A model generated the notes under the pieces. The model was not told the origin of the DNA, ran no database searches, and saw nothing but the letters and a program-made list of their open reading frames with translations. Shown here piece after piece: positions 32,998 through 32,999 of a stretch of DNA of 32,999 nucleotides (position 1 is its first letter; every line of letters begins with the position of its first letter). A program made the position numbers and the translations under genes. The DNA comes from a virus (Duplodnaviria > Caudoviricetes). The stretch is taken from the IMG/VR virus record IMGVR_UViG_3300020045_008068, positions 1 through 32,999 of that record, one strand, 5' to 3'.

Positions 32998-32999
32998 TG

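Noticed and set aside
1-32999. Stop-codon reassignment, or an integrase/att boundary
   Set aside because: Long genes are intact under the standard code and all three stop codons end genes. No recombinase or host housekeeping gene was recognised.

Overview
A 33-kb piece of a tailed, siphovirus-like phage genome. No integrase, att site, lysis genes, polymerase or host genes are recognisable, so prophage versus free phage cannot be decided. Bases 1-11.9k are the tail module: a truncated tail-completion gene, then a SAM-dependent methyltransferase and a two-domain glycosyltransferase, the tail tube, a tail chaperone with a -1 slippery site, an HK97-gp10-like gene, the tape measure, a distal tail protein and a large hub/fibre protein. 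Bases 11.9-31.1k are plus-strand operons behind five sigma70-like promoters. They encode a lipoprotein, an HNH endonuclease, two Cas4/RecB-like nucleases, a Sak4/AAA_24-like ATPase, an SSB-like, a ParB-like, an SMC/Rad50-like ATPase, an ERCC4 nuclease, an MmcB-like nuclease, a DinG/XPD helicase and many small Cys-rich or membrane proteins. Bases 31.6-33k are small convergent minus-strand genes. The most interesting signals are a 135-nt tRNA-like RNA with an expanded anticodon domain followed by a 20-nt complement of the 16S rRNA 3' end, a candidate virion glycosylation/methylation cassette inside the tail operon, several structured intergenic elements, an ATTTTTA-N8-GGTATG repeat array, and a short hydrophobic peptide with a hairpin-sequestered RBS. 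All calls come from reading motifs by eye; no database searches or folding programs were run.
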